From Candidatus Latescibacterota bacterium (lineage in GTDB: Bacteria > Latescibacterota > UBA2968 > UBA8231), in NCBI GenBank assembly GCA_965206595.1, contig OZ242214.1, positions 2,240,001-2,304,000 on the forward strand: a stretch of DNA of 64,000 nt. Direction: 5' to 3'. Of the stretch, positions 1-9,172 are shown piece by piece. Below the pieces are notes generated by a model that searched no databases, was not told the DNA's origin, and worked only from the letters and a program-made list of their open reading frames with translations. Within the stretch, counting starts at the first letter, position 1; the number at the start of each line of letters is the position of its first letter. The position numbers were made by a program, and so were the translations under genes.

Positions 1-1
1 A

Positions 2-523
2 GTTCAGGTACGCGTGCACTTCGCGCAGGATGTCGAGGGTTTTCAGTTTGCGGAAGTCGTAGCGCGAGTAACCGCGCAACACCCTGTAGTCGAAGCCGAT
101 GACGTTGAAACCGACTACGAGGTCGGCTCTCCGCAGCAAGCCGATCAGCTCATCTATCTGATCTTCGAAATAGGTGATGAAACGGGCCTCGCGGCTGTCC
201 CAGGCGACACCGCAGGACACGCGCATAAGGCTCACATTGTTCCAGCCGCCCACCTCGTCGGCGCTGAGCTGGGTTTCGAGATCGAAGACCACCACGTGCG
301 CACCCTCAACTGCCTCGAAGCGTCTCTCTCCTCGCCGGTGTCCATTCCGGAACTGCCAGTCCGGTAAGAAGGGAGGATCTTCTTCGATACCGCTCGCCGC
401 GAGCCATTCGTTTTCGAGGGTGGGGGGCTCGGTAGGTATCTCGAGCAGGTGGATGTGGCCGCCCTTATCGTGGGGGCGATTACCGAGGCTGTGGCGTTGG
501 GTGGGTTCCTTCTTGGTGGGCAT
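2..523 (-). CDS. RNase H-like (DnaQ/YprB/MrfB-type) 3'-5' exonuclease, partial at window edge; absent from ORF track
   Basis: Manual translation from ATG at 523 (RBS GGAGG): MPTKKEPTQ...VVVFDLETQLSADEVGGWNNVSLMRVSCGVAWD...DLVVGFNVIGFDYRVL, giving DxE and GFN..FD exonuclease motifs; open to the edge. Confidence 0.8.
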   Translation of the reverse strand, partial: MPTKKEPTQRHSLGNRPHDKGGHIHLLEIPTEPPTLENEWLAASGIEEDPPFLPDWQFRNGHRRGERRFEAVEGAHVVVFDLETQLSADEVGGWNNVSLMRVSCGVAWDSREARFITYFEDQIDELIGLLRRADLVVGFNVIGFDYRVLRGYSRYDFRKLKTLDILREVHAYLN

Positions 524-562
524 GTCGCGCCTCCGGGGGATGGGTCGTGTGTGCAACCGGTG

Positions 563-596
563 AACCTACCCCGGGGGTGCGACGGATCATGTCGCA
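563..596 (-). promoter_or_regulatory. Putative WYL-activator box TGCGAC-N7-GTCGCA plus -10-like TAGGTT, upstream of the exonuclease
   Basis: 578-596 TGCGACGGATCATGTCGCA; on the minus strand followed by 9 nt then TAGGTT; 18/19 identical to 5653-5671. Confidence 0.7.
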
Positions 597-1450
597 GGTG
601 TCACATTAGTGCTCGGCGTCCTCTTCCGGGCCGGAAATCTCCCGGCCAGCGCTTTGCGGAAGTCGGCCACGAACCAGCGAACTTGCTCGGCTTTCACTCC
701 ATCTTCTGCCCGCCTCAGCCAACCATTAGCCCATTCTCGGACCGATGCGTTGGCGAGCTGGCCTTTCTCCGCAAGCTCCTTGCGTTCCTCGCATGGAATA
801 CTGTTCGGGGCAGGGTCTGTTGCATACGGGGTGAGGTAGATGAGCATGAAGTCCTCGCCATACCTCTCATGAAGCTCTTTGGCGTAAGCGCTGACCTGGT
901 TGTCCAGGTCAGACGCGCCCATGGCCTTGCTCTCAATCCCAATCCCCACCGGCTCCGCCTTTCCCTCGACACGCATGGAGATCACGATATCGATCCTTTT
1001 CGAGGGGTCGATGTGAGTAGTCCGCGCTTCCCAGTAGACTTGCACATGTGACCAAGTAGAACCGTCCGGAAGAATCCGCTTCATTGCCGACTGCGTCTTT
1101 TGGTTCTCTCGCAAGTGGTTCAGAAAAGCGGTCAGAAACAGATCCTGTTGCCCGTGAGGTCCATCGGGATCGAGGAGGTAGGCGAATACATAGGACATCC
1201 GTTCCTCGGCTTTGATAGATTTGAAAAGGGCGATGGCGTAAAAATAGTTGAACTTCCTGGCCAAGTGGCGGTCAAGCTCAATTACGACTGGCCTTAGAAT
1301 GTCAAGACCTTGCCTAGCCCCATAGAAGAACCTCGGAGTCTCTCGTTTTAGCTTGGTAAGGCGGGGTTCCTGCAAACCTTTCAAAACTCTTTGGGCACCT
1401 TCGAAAAATCGTGGGATCTCTTGGTCGAAACTCGTGCCGCCCACTTTCAC
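587..1450 (-). CDS. PD-(D/E)XK nuclease, PDDEXK_4-like
   Basis: EERMSYVFAYLLDPDGPHGQQDLFLTAFL, RIDIVI...IGIESK, DLDNQVSAY, LIYLTP; GTG start chosen at the GTGA overlap with the upstream stop. Confidence 0.8.
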   Translation of the reverse strand: MKVGGTSFDQEIPRFFEGAQRVLKGLQEPRLTKLKRETPRFFYGARQGLDILRPVVIELDRHLARKFNYFYAIALFKSIKAEERMSYVFAYLLDPDGPHGQQDLFLTAFLNHLRENQKTQSAMKRILPDGSTWSHVQVYWEARTTHIDPSKRIDIVISMRVEGKAEPVGIGIESKAMGASDLDNQVSAYAKELHERYGEDFMLIYLTPYATDPAPNSIPCEERKELAEKGQLANASVREWANGWLRRAEDGVKAEQVRWFVADFRKALAGRFPARKRTPSTNVTPAT

Positions 1451-2031
1451 TTCTCCAATCCCTTCGAAATGATCTCCGTGGAAAGGATCAATAACCTTGC
1501 AAATTCGTCGATCTTCTCGTTGTCGTGATGCAGCGTGCTTATGTCTCCCTTGTATCCCTTGGGATAGAACCACCAGAGCCATTCATAATACTTCTTAGGA
1601 TCGCTTTCTAGTTTCACGCCCTCAACCAGGAAACAAGAATCGAGAAGATCTTTATGTGGACATTCTGTGTTTGCTGAAGGTATTCCTACCCAAAAATCAT
1701 ATTTCTCATCCTTCTCACCACATTTCTGGAAAGCACAGACAAGGTGAATTTGGATCTCTCGCTTCTCCATGTTCATTTTGTAGATCGGTTTCTCTATACC
1801 CGACGACCCTTTTTCGAGAGAGACCTTTTGAACGTCTGATTTCCAAGGACGGTCGCTCTCCTTAAGTTTTTTCTCGACACTCTCTTTTAATTTCTTTACA
1901 AACGAAAGCAAGATTTTTTCCCGTAGTTCAATTTGCAACTGACCGATTGCAAGCGCGATTTCGGTATTGTCTTTGGTCTCTATGCAGTAACACACCAGCC
2001 AGTTTTTCTCTTCATCTGTAAATTCTTTCAT
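1447..2031 (-). CDS. Hypothetical protein resembling the C-terminal extension of PDDEXK_4 nucleases
   Basis: Low-GC 194-aa ORF with RBS, coupled to the nuclease; N-terminus ...ETKDNTEIALAIGQLQIELREKILLSF. Confidence 0.6.
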   Translation of the reverse strand: MKEFTDEEKNWLVCYCIETKDNTEIALAIGQLQIELREKILLSFVKKLKESVEKKLKESDRPWKSDVQKVSLEKGSSGIEKPIYKMNMEKREIQIHLVCAFQKCGEKDEKYDFWVGIPSANTECPHKDLLDSCFLVEGVKLESDPKKYYEWLWWFYPKGYKGDISTLHHDNEKIDEFARLLILSTEIISKGLEK

Positions 2032-2072
2032 CTCTCTGTCCTTGTGTGAACCCCGTGGGGTAAGTGGCTACT

Positions 2073-2705
2073 CTACGGTAACCGTTCAGTTCCCTGGCAG
2101 CTTGGGGCCCGGGGGGCGGAATGGTTGCGGGCTGATATTAGCGAATGGCGGAGTGGGTTGAAGGCAGCAGCGAGGGCTCTGGCTGCTGAGACACGGCAGC
2201 CTGACAGGGCGACGGCGTTCACCAACTGTTCATGACGTTCGAACCGGATTTGCTCCGAAGCTACGGGTACGGTGTCCGTGTCCCTTCGCTGCAGGCATCG
2301 CCCGTCACTGGTAAGATGGATGTATCGAGTTCCTTTTTGCACGTCGAAGACCAGAACGGTCTCGTCCCTTACCGGTACCAGACGGGTTCTGACTCCGGGC
2401 AACGGAGTGTCCGCGTGGACATGGGTTTGGGGGGCGTTCCGTAGCACTTCCAGTTTGTCGTCCGCGTATTCGACCCCGGATACTGTCCCGTCGTCCTCGG
2501 CCCCGACGATCAACGTCCCTCCATCCGCATTGGCGAATGACACGAGAGTCTCGCCGATGTCTCTGGCTACCAGGCTCACCTGCCGCCGGCGCTTCCGTTC
2601 AGGTCCTTCGAGAGCGCTCTTGAACTCCCGGAAGTGACTTTCGCCAAGTGTGAGGTCATTCTCCAGGCGTTCCTGAACCAACAGTATCCGTGGGTCGCTG
2701 CTCAT
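2073..2705 (-). pseudogene. Schlafen/AlbA_2 domain protein, probably 3'-truncated
   Basis: ESHFREFKS...DIGETLVSFANADGGTLIVGAEDDG; sequence becomes non-protein-like after ~2225 and no HATPase/HTH part follows. Confidence 0.7.
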
Positions 2706-2819
2706 GTTCCGGGTCTTTCACTACCTGTATCGGCAGGATTTCCTGAGAAATGGCCAGGATTCTTCACTTGTTTGTTGACCACAGGGTCTTTGGTAGAGGC
2801 GTCTGGATCACCTTTATCA

Positions 2820-3752
2820 TCATGCCTCGGGCCCGGGTGAGCCCTTTGAAAAGATGTAGCCACCGAAACGGTTCTTCGCCTCGTCGACTTTGTGAATCCC
2901 TTGGTCGTACAGACCGTATCCGAAGAAGCTCGCCGTTGCGATGCGCAGGTCGGCCTTAGGACTGTCGGGGAGGGTGTCGAGCAAATCACGAAGTTTCGAA
3001 CTTTCAGGATCGTGGTTTGCTAACACCAGTAGAAGAATCGGCCTCTCTTCGCTGAAGCTACATAGATCCCTTTTACATTCGATGAGTTCCAAGCCTTGTT
3101 TCTGGTTGAAGACATTTACCATGTCCTCCTTCAAGTTCTCCACTTTGTCAGGATCTTCAAGATATTTGTTCACATCCCTAATGTGATTGTGGAGCCCCGC
3201 GGTGCCGGTCAGCGCGCCATCTCCGTGTTTCATCTCAACAAGAACGAGTCGCCGACCGTTTTCTTTCATACGCTCCGCCGTCGTCGATGGCCAGTGCACC
3301 GCAATCATGTCGAACCGCCCATTCTCGCTGGTGTATTCAATGTCGCAGATGTAGTAGTCCGTGGAATTTGCAATGCTCCCGAAGTTGTTGTCCCGCACGA
3401 TGAGTTGCTGGAACTCGCGTTCGTCCACTCGATGCTTTCCGAAATAGCGATCCATCGCCTGCTTGAGCATGGGCGACACCTTCAGCCATTTTTCGACGTC
3501 ATCCTTCTTTCGAATATCGCCGGCTGGGAGGCATTTAACCTTTCCGTATTCCTGATCGAAGAAGACGGTGTACTCCTTTGGGGATTTCTTCCCGACCTTC
3601 ATCAGACTACCACCCCGGTAGTAGATGTTGATTGACTTCCCCCTCAATTCAAGACAGAGGCTTGTGTCTGATCGAACCATCTTCGTCAGGTCAGCCAACA
3701 CTCCATCTTCGTCCTTCAGATCATTCAGAAAATCGCAATCAAGCCTGCGCAT
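2820..3752 (-). CDS. Putative PD-(D/E)XK-fold nuclease
   Basis: EREFQQ, DYYICDIEY, RFDMIAV, LVLVEMK fit an E...D...ExK restriction-endonuclease-like catalytic pattern. Confidence 0.6.
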   Translation of the reverse strand: MRRLDCDFLNDLKDEDGVLADLTKMVRSDTSLCLELRGKSINIYYRGGSLMKVGKKSPKEYTVFFDQEYGKVKCLPAGDIRKKDDVEKWLKVSPMLKQAMDRYFGKHRVDEREFQQLIVRDNNFGSIANSTDYYICDIEYTSENGRFDMIAVHWPSTTAERMKENGRRLVLVEMKHGDGALTGTAGLHNHIRDVNKYLEDPDKVENLKEDMVNVFNQKQGLELIECKRDLCSFSEERPILLLVLANHDPESSKLRDLLDTLPDSPKADLRIATASFFGYGLYDQGIHKVDEAKNRFGGYIFSKGSPGPEA

Positions 3753-3779
3753 CTTTCCCTCCGTATTTGGTTTTAAGTT

Positions 3780-5027
3780 TTAGACATCCCACCAGACGCC
3801 GTCCTCCTGCAGAACGACATTGTCGAAAAACTCCGCGAACCGCCCCGTTTCGAACGAGTGGATGGGCACCAGCCGCCGCGGGGCGAGGGCGGCGGCGAAG
3901 CGTGCCAGGTCGGTCACCGAAGCATGCCCGGAGGTGTGAACGACCTGCCAGGGAATTCCTTTGTCTTCGAGCCAATTCGTGACTATCTGCGTGCTTCTCT
4001 CCTTCAAATAACCCTCCCACATTGAATAGGTGAGCCCGGCGCCGTCGAGCACTCCCCGAACGCCGTGATCCCTCATCATCATGGGGCGGAAGAGCATGAC
4101 GGCTCGTCCGCCCAGGCCGCGCAGGTCCTGCGGGAATATCCGGTTCGCTTTGTGCCGTCCGAGATCGTCGAACCGCTTTTCGTTCTTGATCAACACCCGC
4201 TGCCTGTACGGGATATAGAGATGCACCCCATCCCAATGAGACTGCGGGATGGTGTCCCTTCCCGTCCCTTCGAGGACCAAGGCGGCATAGAGATCGATGA
4301 GCAAGGCGCGGCCCGTCTGCCTGGCGGCGCGAAAGATCGTCACCATCCGGTCGATGTTCTGCGGTGAGGTCCAGACGAAGTGAAGGCCCTTCGTCTCCTT
4401 GAAAACCTTGACGAACTCCTTCTCAAGGTCGGTCTCGGTGGGGAACCCCTCGCTCCTCCCCGTCCTTCCGATCGTCGTTCCTTCCATCAGGAGAACGTCG
4501 ATCTCCCCGGGCGGACGTTCGATCACCGCCCCGATCAGCGATGCCTTGCGGCCGTGCGCGCGGAAGTCCCCGGAGTAGTAGACCCGCCTGCCGCCGGCCT
4601 CGACGAGCAGGGCGTAGGCGTCGAAGGCGCTGTGATCGACGAGATGGGGCGTGATGCGAAACGGGCCGATCTCCACCGGCGTCTCGTGAGAGATGAAACG
4701 AGGATTGTCGAAATCGTGGCCGTTCCGTACGAAGGGGCTTGCGGCCTTGAGAATGTTGTGTGCTGCCTCTCCGATGTAGACCGGGACCTCCGGGCGGATG
4801 TTTCGCGCCAGACCGTAGTGGTCCTGATGGGGATGCGAGATTACGACCCCCAGCAGGCTGTCGTCCGGTTCCCGGAAACCGGAAACCTGGGGAAGCAGAA
4901 TTTTGTGTTCTTCCTCGGGCGCGTCCAGGGGCAGGCCGACGTCGAGCACGACGCGCTTTCCTTGCACCTCGATCTCGATACAGGTGCCGCCGATCTCCTT
5001 GGTCCCCCGATGGATGCAAATTCTCAA
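3780..5027 (-). CDS. MBL-fold/beta-CASP metallo-hydrolase, RNase J-like
   Basis: HRGTKEIGGTCIE, SHPHQDH, VDHSA, YSGDFR, LLMEGT, HTSGHA, VPIHS. Confidence 0.88.
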   Translation of the reverse strand: MRICIHRGTKEIGGTCIEIEVQGKRVVLDVGLPLDAPEEEHKILLPQVSGFREPDDSLLGVVISHPHQDHYGLARNIRPEVPVYIGEAAHNILKAASPFVRNGHDFDNPRFISHETPVEIGPFRITPHLVDHSAFDAYALLVEAGGRRVYYSGDFRAHGRKASLIGAVIERPPGEIDVLLMEGTTIGRTGRSEGFPTETDLEKEFVKVFKETKGLHFVWTSPQNIDRMVTIFRAARQTGRALLIDLYAALVLEGTGRDTIPQSHWDGVHLYIPYRQRVLIKNEKRFDDLGRHKANRIFPQDLRGLGGRAVMLFRPMMMRDHGVRGVLDGAGLTYSMWEGYLKERSTQIVTNWLEDKGIPWQVVHTSGHASVTDLARFAAALAPRRLVPIHSFETGRFAEFFDNVVLQEDGVWWDV

Positions 5028-5151
5028 AATTAGTTTTCTCGCATGGATGAATGAATGAAATCAGGACTCCATCACGGGATCGATTTATGAGGAAATACGC
5101 CCCGAGTGACCTCCCCTTAGGAAGAGAAATCCGCTATGTCGGAGTTTCAAA

Positions 5152-5610
5152 TCAGCTTGATGATTCATGATCTTCCCGTTCATGCAGCGGCAACCGACCG
5201 ATCTCCCGTGGCCACGCCAAATTGGCGAGAAATTCCGGATCCTCGAAAAAAAATTCTCGCACCGTTGCTAGGAGTTCCTTATCGGCGTCTGCGACTTCGA
5301 GCTTACCCTCGGAGACGGCGAAAGTCTGTGAGTCTACCCAAAACAGAGTGTCGAGCGGAAAGTATCCAACTCTTCGGTCAATCAGGCCTATTAAAAGGTA
5401 CAGGGCTTCGTAAGTTGATGGGGTGATCCGGACATCTTCCAAGACGATATTGCCGTCCTCACCATAGGAGGAATCGGACAATTTAAACACAATGAGGGCC
5501 TCATCTACCGCCGGTTCGACTTCCGCTCTCTGCTCTTGTTGGCCCCTCGGCTCCTCTGGATCTTCGCAGACTACATGGCAAGCTACGGTAAAATAAATGC
5601 TGGTACACAT
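5152..5610 (-). CDS. Hypothetical acidic protein (152 aa)
   Basis: ORF with AAGGAG RBS, first gene after the WYL box. Confidence 0.6.
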   Translation of the reverse strand: MCTSIYFTVACHVVCEDPEEPRGQQEQRAEVEPAVDEALIVFKLSDSSYGEDGNIVLEDVRITPSTYEALYLLIGLIDRRVGYFPLDTLFWVDSQTFAVSEGKLEVADADKELLATVREFFFEDPEFLANLAWPREIGRLPLHEREDHESSS

Positions 5611-5637
5611 CTGATAGCTCCTTTATGGTAGGAGAGG

Positions 5638-5671
5638 AACCTATCAAATTGATGCGACAGATCATGTCGCA
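5638..5671 (-). promoter_or_regulatory. Putative WYL-activator box TGCGAC-N7-GTCGCA plus -10-like TAGGTT
   Basis: 5653-5671 TGCGACAGATCATGTCGCA overlapping the WYL stop codon; 9 nt then TAGGTT on the minus strand. Confidence 0.7.
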
Positions 5672-6636
5672 CCCCCGGCATCCAGCCCCAGAGCCGCCCG
5701 CATCTCCGCCCGGACCGCCTCCCGCAGCTCTTCCGGCCCCAGCACCTCGGCCGCGGCCCCGAAGCTCAGCACCCAACTCCTGATCTCGTAGAACCCGCCT
5801 GCCCGCAGCCGCAGCACCACCCGCCCGTCCGGCAGCTCCTCCAGCTCCTGGCTGGGGTGCCAGATCCTTTCCCTTATATATGGGGCCTGTTCCTCCGTAA
5901 ACCGGACCGCCACCTCCATCGGCTCCTCGTACGAAACCCCGAAAGCATCGCTCACCCGCTCGTCGATCGGCAGGTGGTCCGGCGGCTCGAACGTCTCCCC
6001 CGTTTCCTCTACCGCCTCGAAGCGCTCCACTGCCTGTGTGATCAGGCTGTCGTAGTAAGGCACCCGGGAGATCACGTACAGCCCGCCCCGGTAGTGCAGG
6101 AGGCGCAGCGGTTCGATCTCGTACTTCCTTGCGTTCTCCGCCGCGGGGGAGCGGTAACTCACCCGGCAGACGCGGCGCTCGAGAATGGCATCGTGCAGTT
6201 TCTCGAGCAGTTCCCGGGCCTCCTCGTACGGCTTGTGCCCGCGTGCCAGCGGCACGTAGGCCTCGGCGGCCCGCTCGAAGAATCGCCGCCCCTCTTGGGG
6301 CATCGTCTCGGTCAGCCTGCGAACGGCCGAGCGCAGATGCTCTCCGAACGGGGTTCCCACCAGCCCCAGGCCGGCTCGCTCGGCGAAGATCATGGCCGCG
6401 ACCTCCATGACCGGAAAGTTCAGCGGCATCCCGGTCTCCTTCAGCAACTGGTAGTAGACGCGACTGTTGCGGCGTTTTTCCCCCAGTATGAACCCAGCCT
6501 CGCGCAGGTCATTCAGGTCTCGTTGCACGGTGCGCACAGTTACATCGTATTCATCCGCAAGCTGGTGTACGGTCATACCGTAGCGCCGGGCCTGCAGAGT
6601 CCGCAGGATGTCGAGCTGCCTAACAATCTGTCTCAT
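5662..6636 (-). CDS. HTH-WYL-WCX transcriptional regulator (PafBC/DriD-like)
   Basis: N-terminal wHTH (TVHQLADEYDVTVRTVQRDLNDL), WYL core (YRS...RKYEIEPLRLLHYRGGLYV), C-terminal WCX (RERIWHPSQ...WVLSFGAAAEVLGP). Confidence 0.92.
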   Translation of the reverse strand: MRQIVRQLDILRTLQARRYGMTVHQLADEYDVTVRTVQRDLNDLREAGFILGEKRRNSRVYYQLLKETGMPLNFPVMEVAAMIFAERAGLGLVGTPFGEHLRSAVRRLTETMPQEGRRFFERAAEAYVPLARGHKPYEEARELLEKLHDAILERRVCRVSYRSPAAENARKYEIEPLRLLHYRGGLYVISRVPYYDSLITQAVERFEAVEETGETFEPPDHLPIDERVSDAFGVSYEEPMEVAVRFTEEQAPYIRERIWHPSQELEELPDGRVVLRLRAGGFYEIRSWVLSFGAAAEVLGPEELREAVRAEMRAALGLDAGGAT

Positions 6637-6831
6637 CGGGTCAACCAGTTTCTGTCAGGGGAGCCGAAGCCATGCGGCGATGGTCTGCGAAGCCCGGTGG
6701 GAGGCGGGCTTTGGTTGGAAGGGGGTTACCCGCGGTTACTCGGTGTTCCCCTCGATTGGATCAGCGGGTCCGTCCAACCGTGAACCGCCGGCTCTCTGAC
6801 CAGCCGCAGGGCACGGGGTCGCTGAATCCGC

Positions 6832-7713
6832 TCAGGAGCCCGCCCGGTGCTTCTGCGCCATCGCCATGTAGTCGGGCCGCACCGGCCAGAACACGTCCAC
6901 CACGTCGACGCCCCCGGGGCTTATGCTGGCGGCGTGCACCATCCCTCCCGGCTGCAGGATCACGTCGAGGTCCTTCATCGGCAGCCAGTCGTCGATGATC
7001 CCCTCCTCCATCTCCCCCTGCAGGACCATCATCAGCTGGTCCTCCGGGTGAAAGTGGTGGGGGAAGGAGGAGCCGCCGTCCATGCGGATGAAGCTGAGCA
7101 TGAAGTTGCGGCTCCACATCAGGGTGGTATGGGCGGTGGGGGGCTGCGATTCCCGCCCCGGCATGATCACCGGCTGCCGCGGGATATCCTCGAACCGGTA
7201 GACCACTCCGGCCTGCAGCGACGGCTCCACACCCTGGTCGGGAAAACCGACGTTGGCCTCATCCGGCAATCTGGTGCCGGCCAGGGCGAGGTGGTCGGCG
7301 AGCACGGGGGAAAACACCTCCATGGCGACGAAGCCGTCGGTGCCGGCGCGCAGGGTCCGGCGCATTCCCTCTGTCAGGTACAGGAACGACCTGCCGCTCA
7401 GCTCGACTTGCCTTCCGCCGATCTCACAGGTGGCCGAGCCGCCCTGCACCGCGGTGATGAGCTCTCCGGGCAGGGTCTGTTCCGGGTAGACGGCGCCGGG
7501 CTCCATCTCGAGCCATTCCAGCAGGGTGCCGCGTCCCCAGGAGACGGATGCCCTCACCCCGTCGGCGATGGCGATGGCCGGCAGATCGGCGGTGGCGTAC
7601 ACCTTGCCCGCCTCCATGGCGACCGCAACTTCCGGCTCCGGAACCTGGCGTTCGCGGCTGGCCAATCCATTTTCGGCGATGTAGCGGGCATTGCGGCCGG
7701 CCCATGCTTCCAT
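6832..7713 (-). CDS. Bicupin-domain protein
   Basis: C-terminal cupin FPHHFHPEDQ...PGGMVH...DVFWPVRPDY plus a degenerate N-terminal cupin. Confidence 0.8.
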   Translation of the reverse strand: MEAWAGRNARYIAENGLASRERQVPEPEVAVAMEAGKVYATADLPAIAIADGVRASVSWGRGTLLEWLEMEPGAVYPEQTLPGELITAVQGGSATCEIGGRQVELSGRSFLYLTEGMRRTLRAGTDGFVAMEVFSPVLADHLALAGTRLPDEANVGFPDQGVEPSLQAGVVYRFEDIPRQPVIMPGRESQPPTAHTTLMWSRNFMLSFIRMDGGSSFPHHFHPEDQLMMVLQGEMEEGIIDDWLPMKDLDVILQPGGMVHAASISPGGVDVVDVFWPVRPDYMAMAQKHRAGS

Positions 7714-7899
7714 GTCCCGCTCCTTCTTTGGTTTGGTATTTGTGTCGCGTCCCAGGGATCCCTTGCAAATTCCGGCGCCGATTCCAGGGCCGGATCTTTC
7801 AAGTTCCGTAGGACGCGACCCTGGTGATGTCCCGGATCAGCGAAACCGAGGCCACGGCATCTTCCCGGACCTCCCGGATTCAACGGCCCCCTGCAGCAT

Positions 7900-8664
7900 T
7901 CACTGAAGGTCCTCCAGAGCCTTGGCGTAGCGCGGCCGGAAATGCATGCGGCGGAAGCCGAGGCGCCGGTAGATCCTCTCGGCGGGGCTTTCGCATTCGA
8001 CCTCGAGGGTGGTCCAGCGGTTTCCCAGGGCCTTTGAATCGGCGACGGCGCGCGCGACCGTTGCAGAGGCTACGCCGCAACGGCGGTGCTCCGGCAGGGT
8101 GCCGACGGCGTCTATGTAGCCGATGCCGTTGCGCGAATACATCAGCGCGGTGCCGGCCGGTTTCCCCTTTCTCAGGGCGAGGTAGAAGAGGACCTCCGGA
8201 ACGTCGAGCACCCAACGGCCTGCCTCCCCGGCTTCCGGGGGATTGCCGAAACAGGTGCACATGATCTCCGCCCAGGTGTCGTAATCCACGGCGCCGGCAA
8301 CCTCCACCTCGACCTCCTCTGCGGCAACAGGCCCGGCCGGCTGGTCGCAGAGCATCGCCACCGGCAGCAGCGCCAGCTCGAACCCCCTTTGCCGCAGCCG
8401 TTCCGCCATGTCGGCAGGCCGGTCCAGCGGTGAGAGGGTGAAGAGGCAGTCGTACACCTTCTCCCGGAAAAACTCGAGGGCGTCGTCGATCAGCCGGTCC
8501 ACTCTCTCGGCAGGCACGTCGACCTGGACGACGCGGTGGAACATGACCGCCTTCACCTCGTCGTGGCTGTAGGCGCAGGCGCCGCCGAGGTCGGTGCTGT
8601 CGCACCAGCGGGCGCGGAAGTCGTTCCAGTGGTTCTCGAAGATCCTAGTGAATTCGTCGGTCAA
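7900..8664 (-). CDS. GNAT family acetyltransferase
   Basis: IDAVGTLPEHRRCGVAS, AERIYRRLGF; TTG start chosen after a GGGAG RBS. Confidence 0.8.
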   Translation of the reverse strand: MTDEFTRIFENHWNDFRARWCDSTDLGGACAYSHDEVKAVMFHRVVQVDVPAERVDRLIDDALEFFREKVYDCLFTLSPLDRPADMAERLRQRGFELALLPVAMLCDQPAGPVAAEEVEVEVAGAVDYDTWAEIMCTCFGNPPEAGEAGRWVLDVPEVLFYLALRKGKPAGTALMYSRNGIGYIDAVGTLPEHRRCGVASATVARAVADSKALGNRWTTLEVECESPAERIYRRLGFRRMHFRPRYAKALEDLQ

Positions 8665-9172
8665 CCGATATCTCCCATAACAGTCCGGATGGACTTTTTC
8701 GAGGTGCTGACAGGTTGCGTTGTCCAAGGACTGCCGGCCAAGTACCGTATCGGCAACGATAGCCTTTCCCGCGACTCGCAGAAACCTGGACGCATTCTCA
8801 TGAGAGAAACTACAGCGCTGACAGGACCTCTTCTGCTTCTGTCCATCGCCCTCGCACTCACGGTACGGGACGCTCCCGGTGCGGTCATCTTCTGGCCGTC
8901 GCGTCAAACAGCTCTACGATGGGGTGGATTTCCTCGGGGAATACGAGCACTCCTGGGACAGACGCGGCGACTCCGGCAGGCTGGTTCCCCCCGGCTCTAC
9001 CTGTAGCGGACCAAGGCAGTCGTGCAGTCGCAGCGGGAAATCAACAGCGGCATCCTGCCGGTAGCCTACTGATCCTTCCTCTGGAAAGCAGCGCCGTAGC
9101 GGCGAATCTGTCCCGGCCGCAGTTCCATCGGCGAGAGGCGGAGCTTCGCGAGCACACCGGCGATGGCGGGAT

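Noticed and set aside
8900-9000. FLGEYEHSWDRRG..RLV resembles the MraZ N-terminus
   Set aside because: Too short, no continuation, no dcw context
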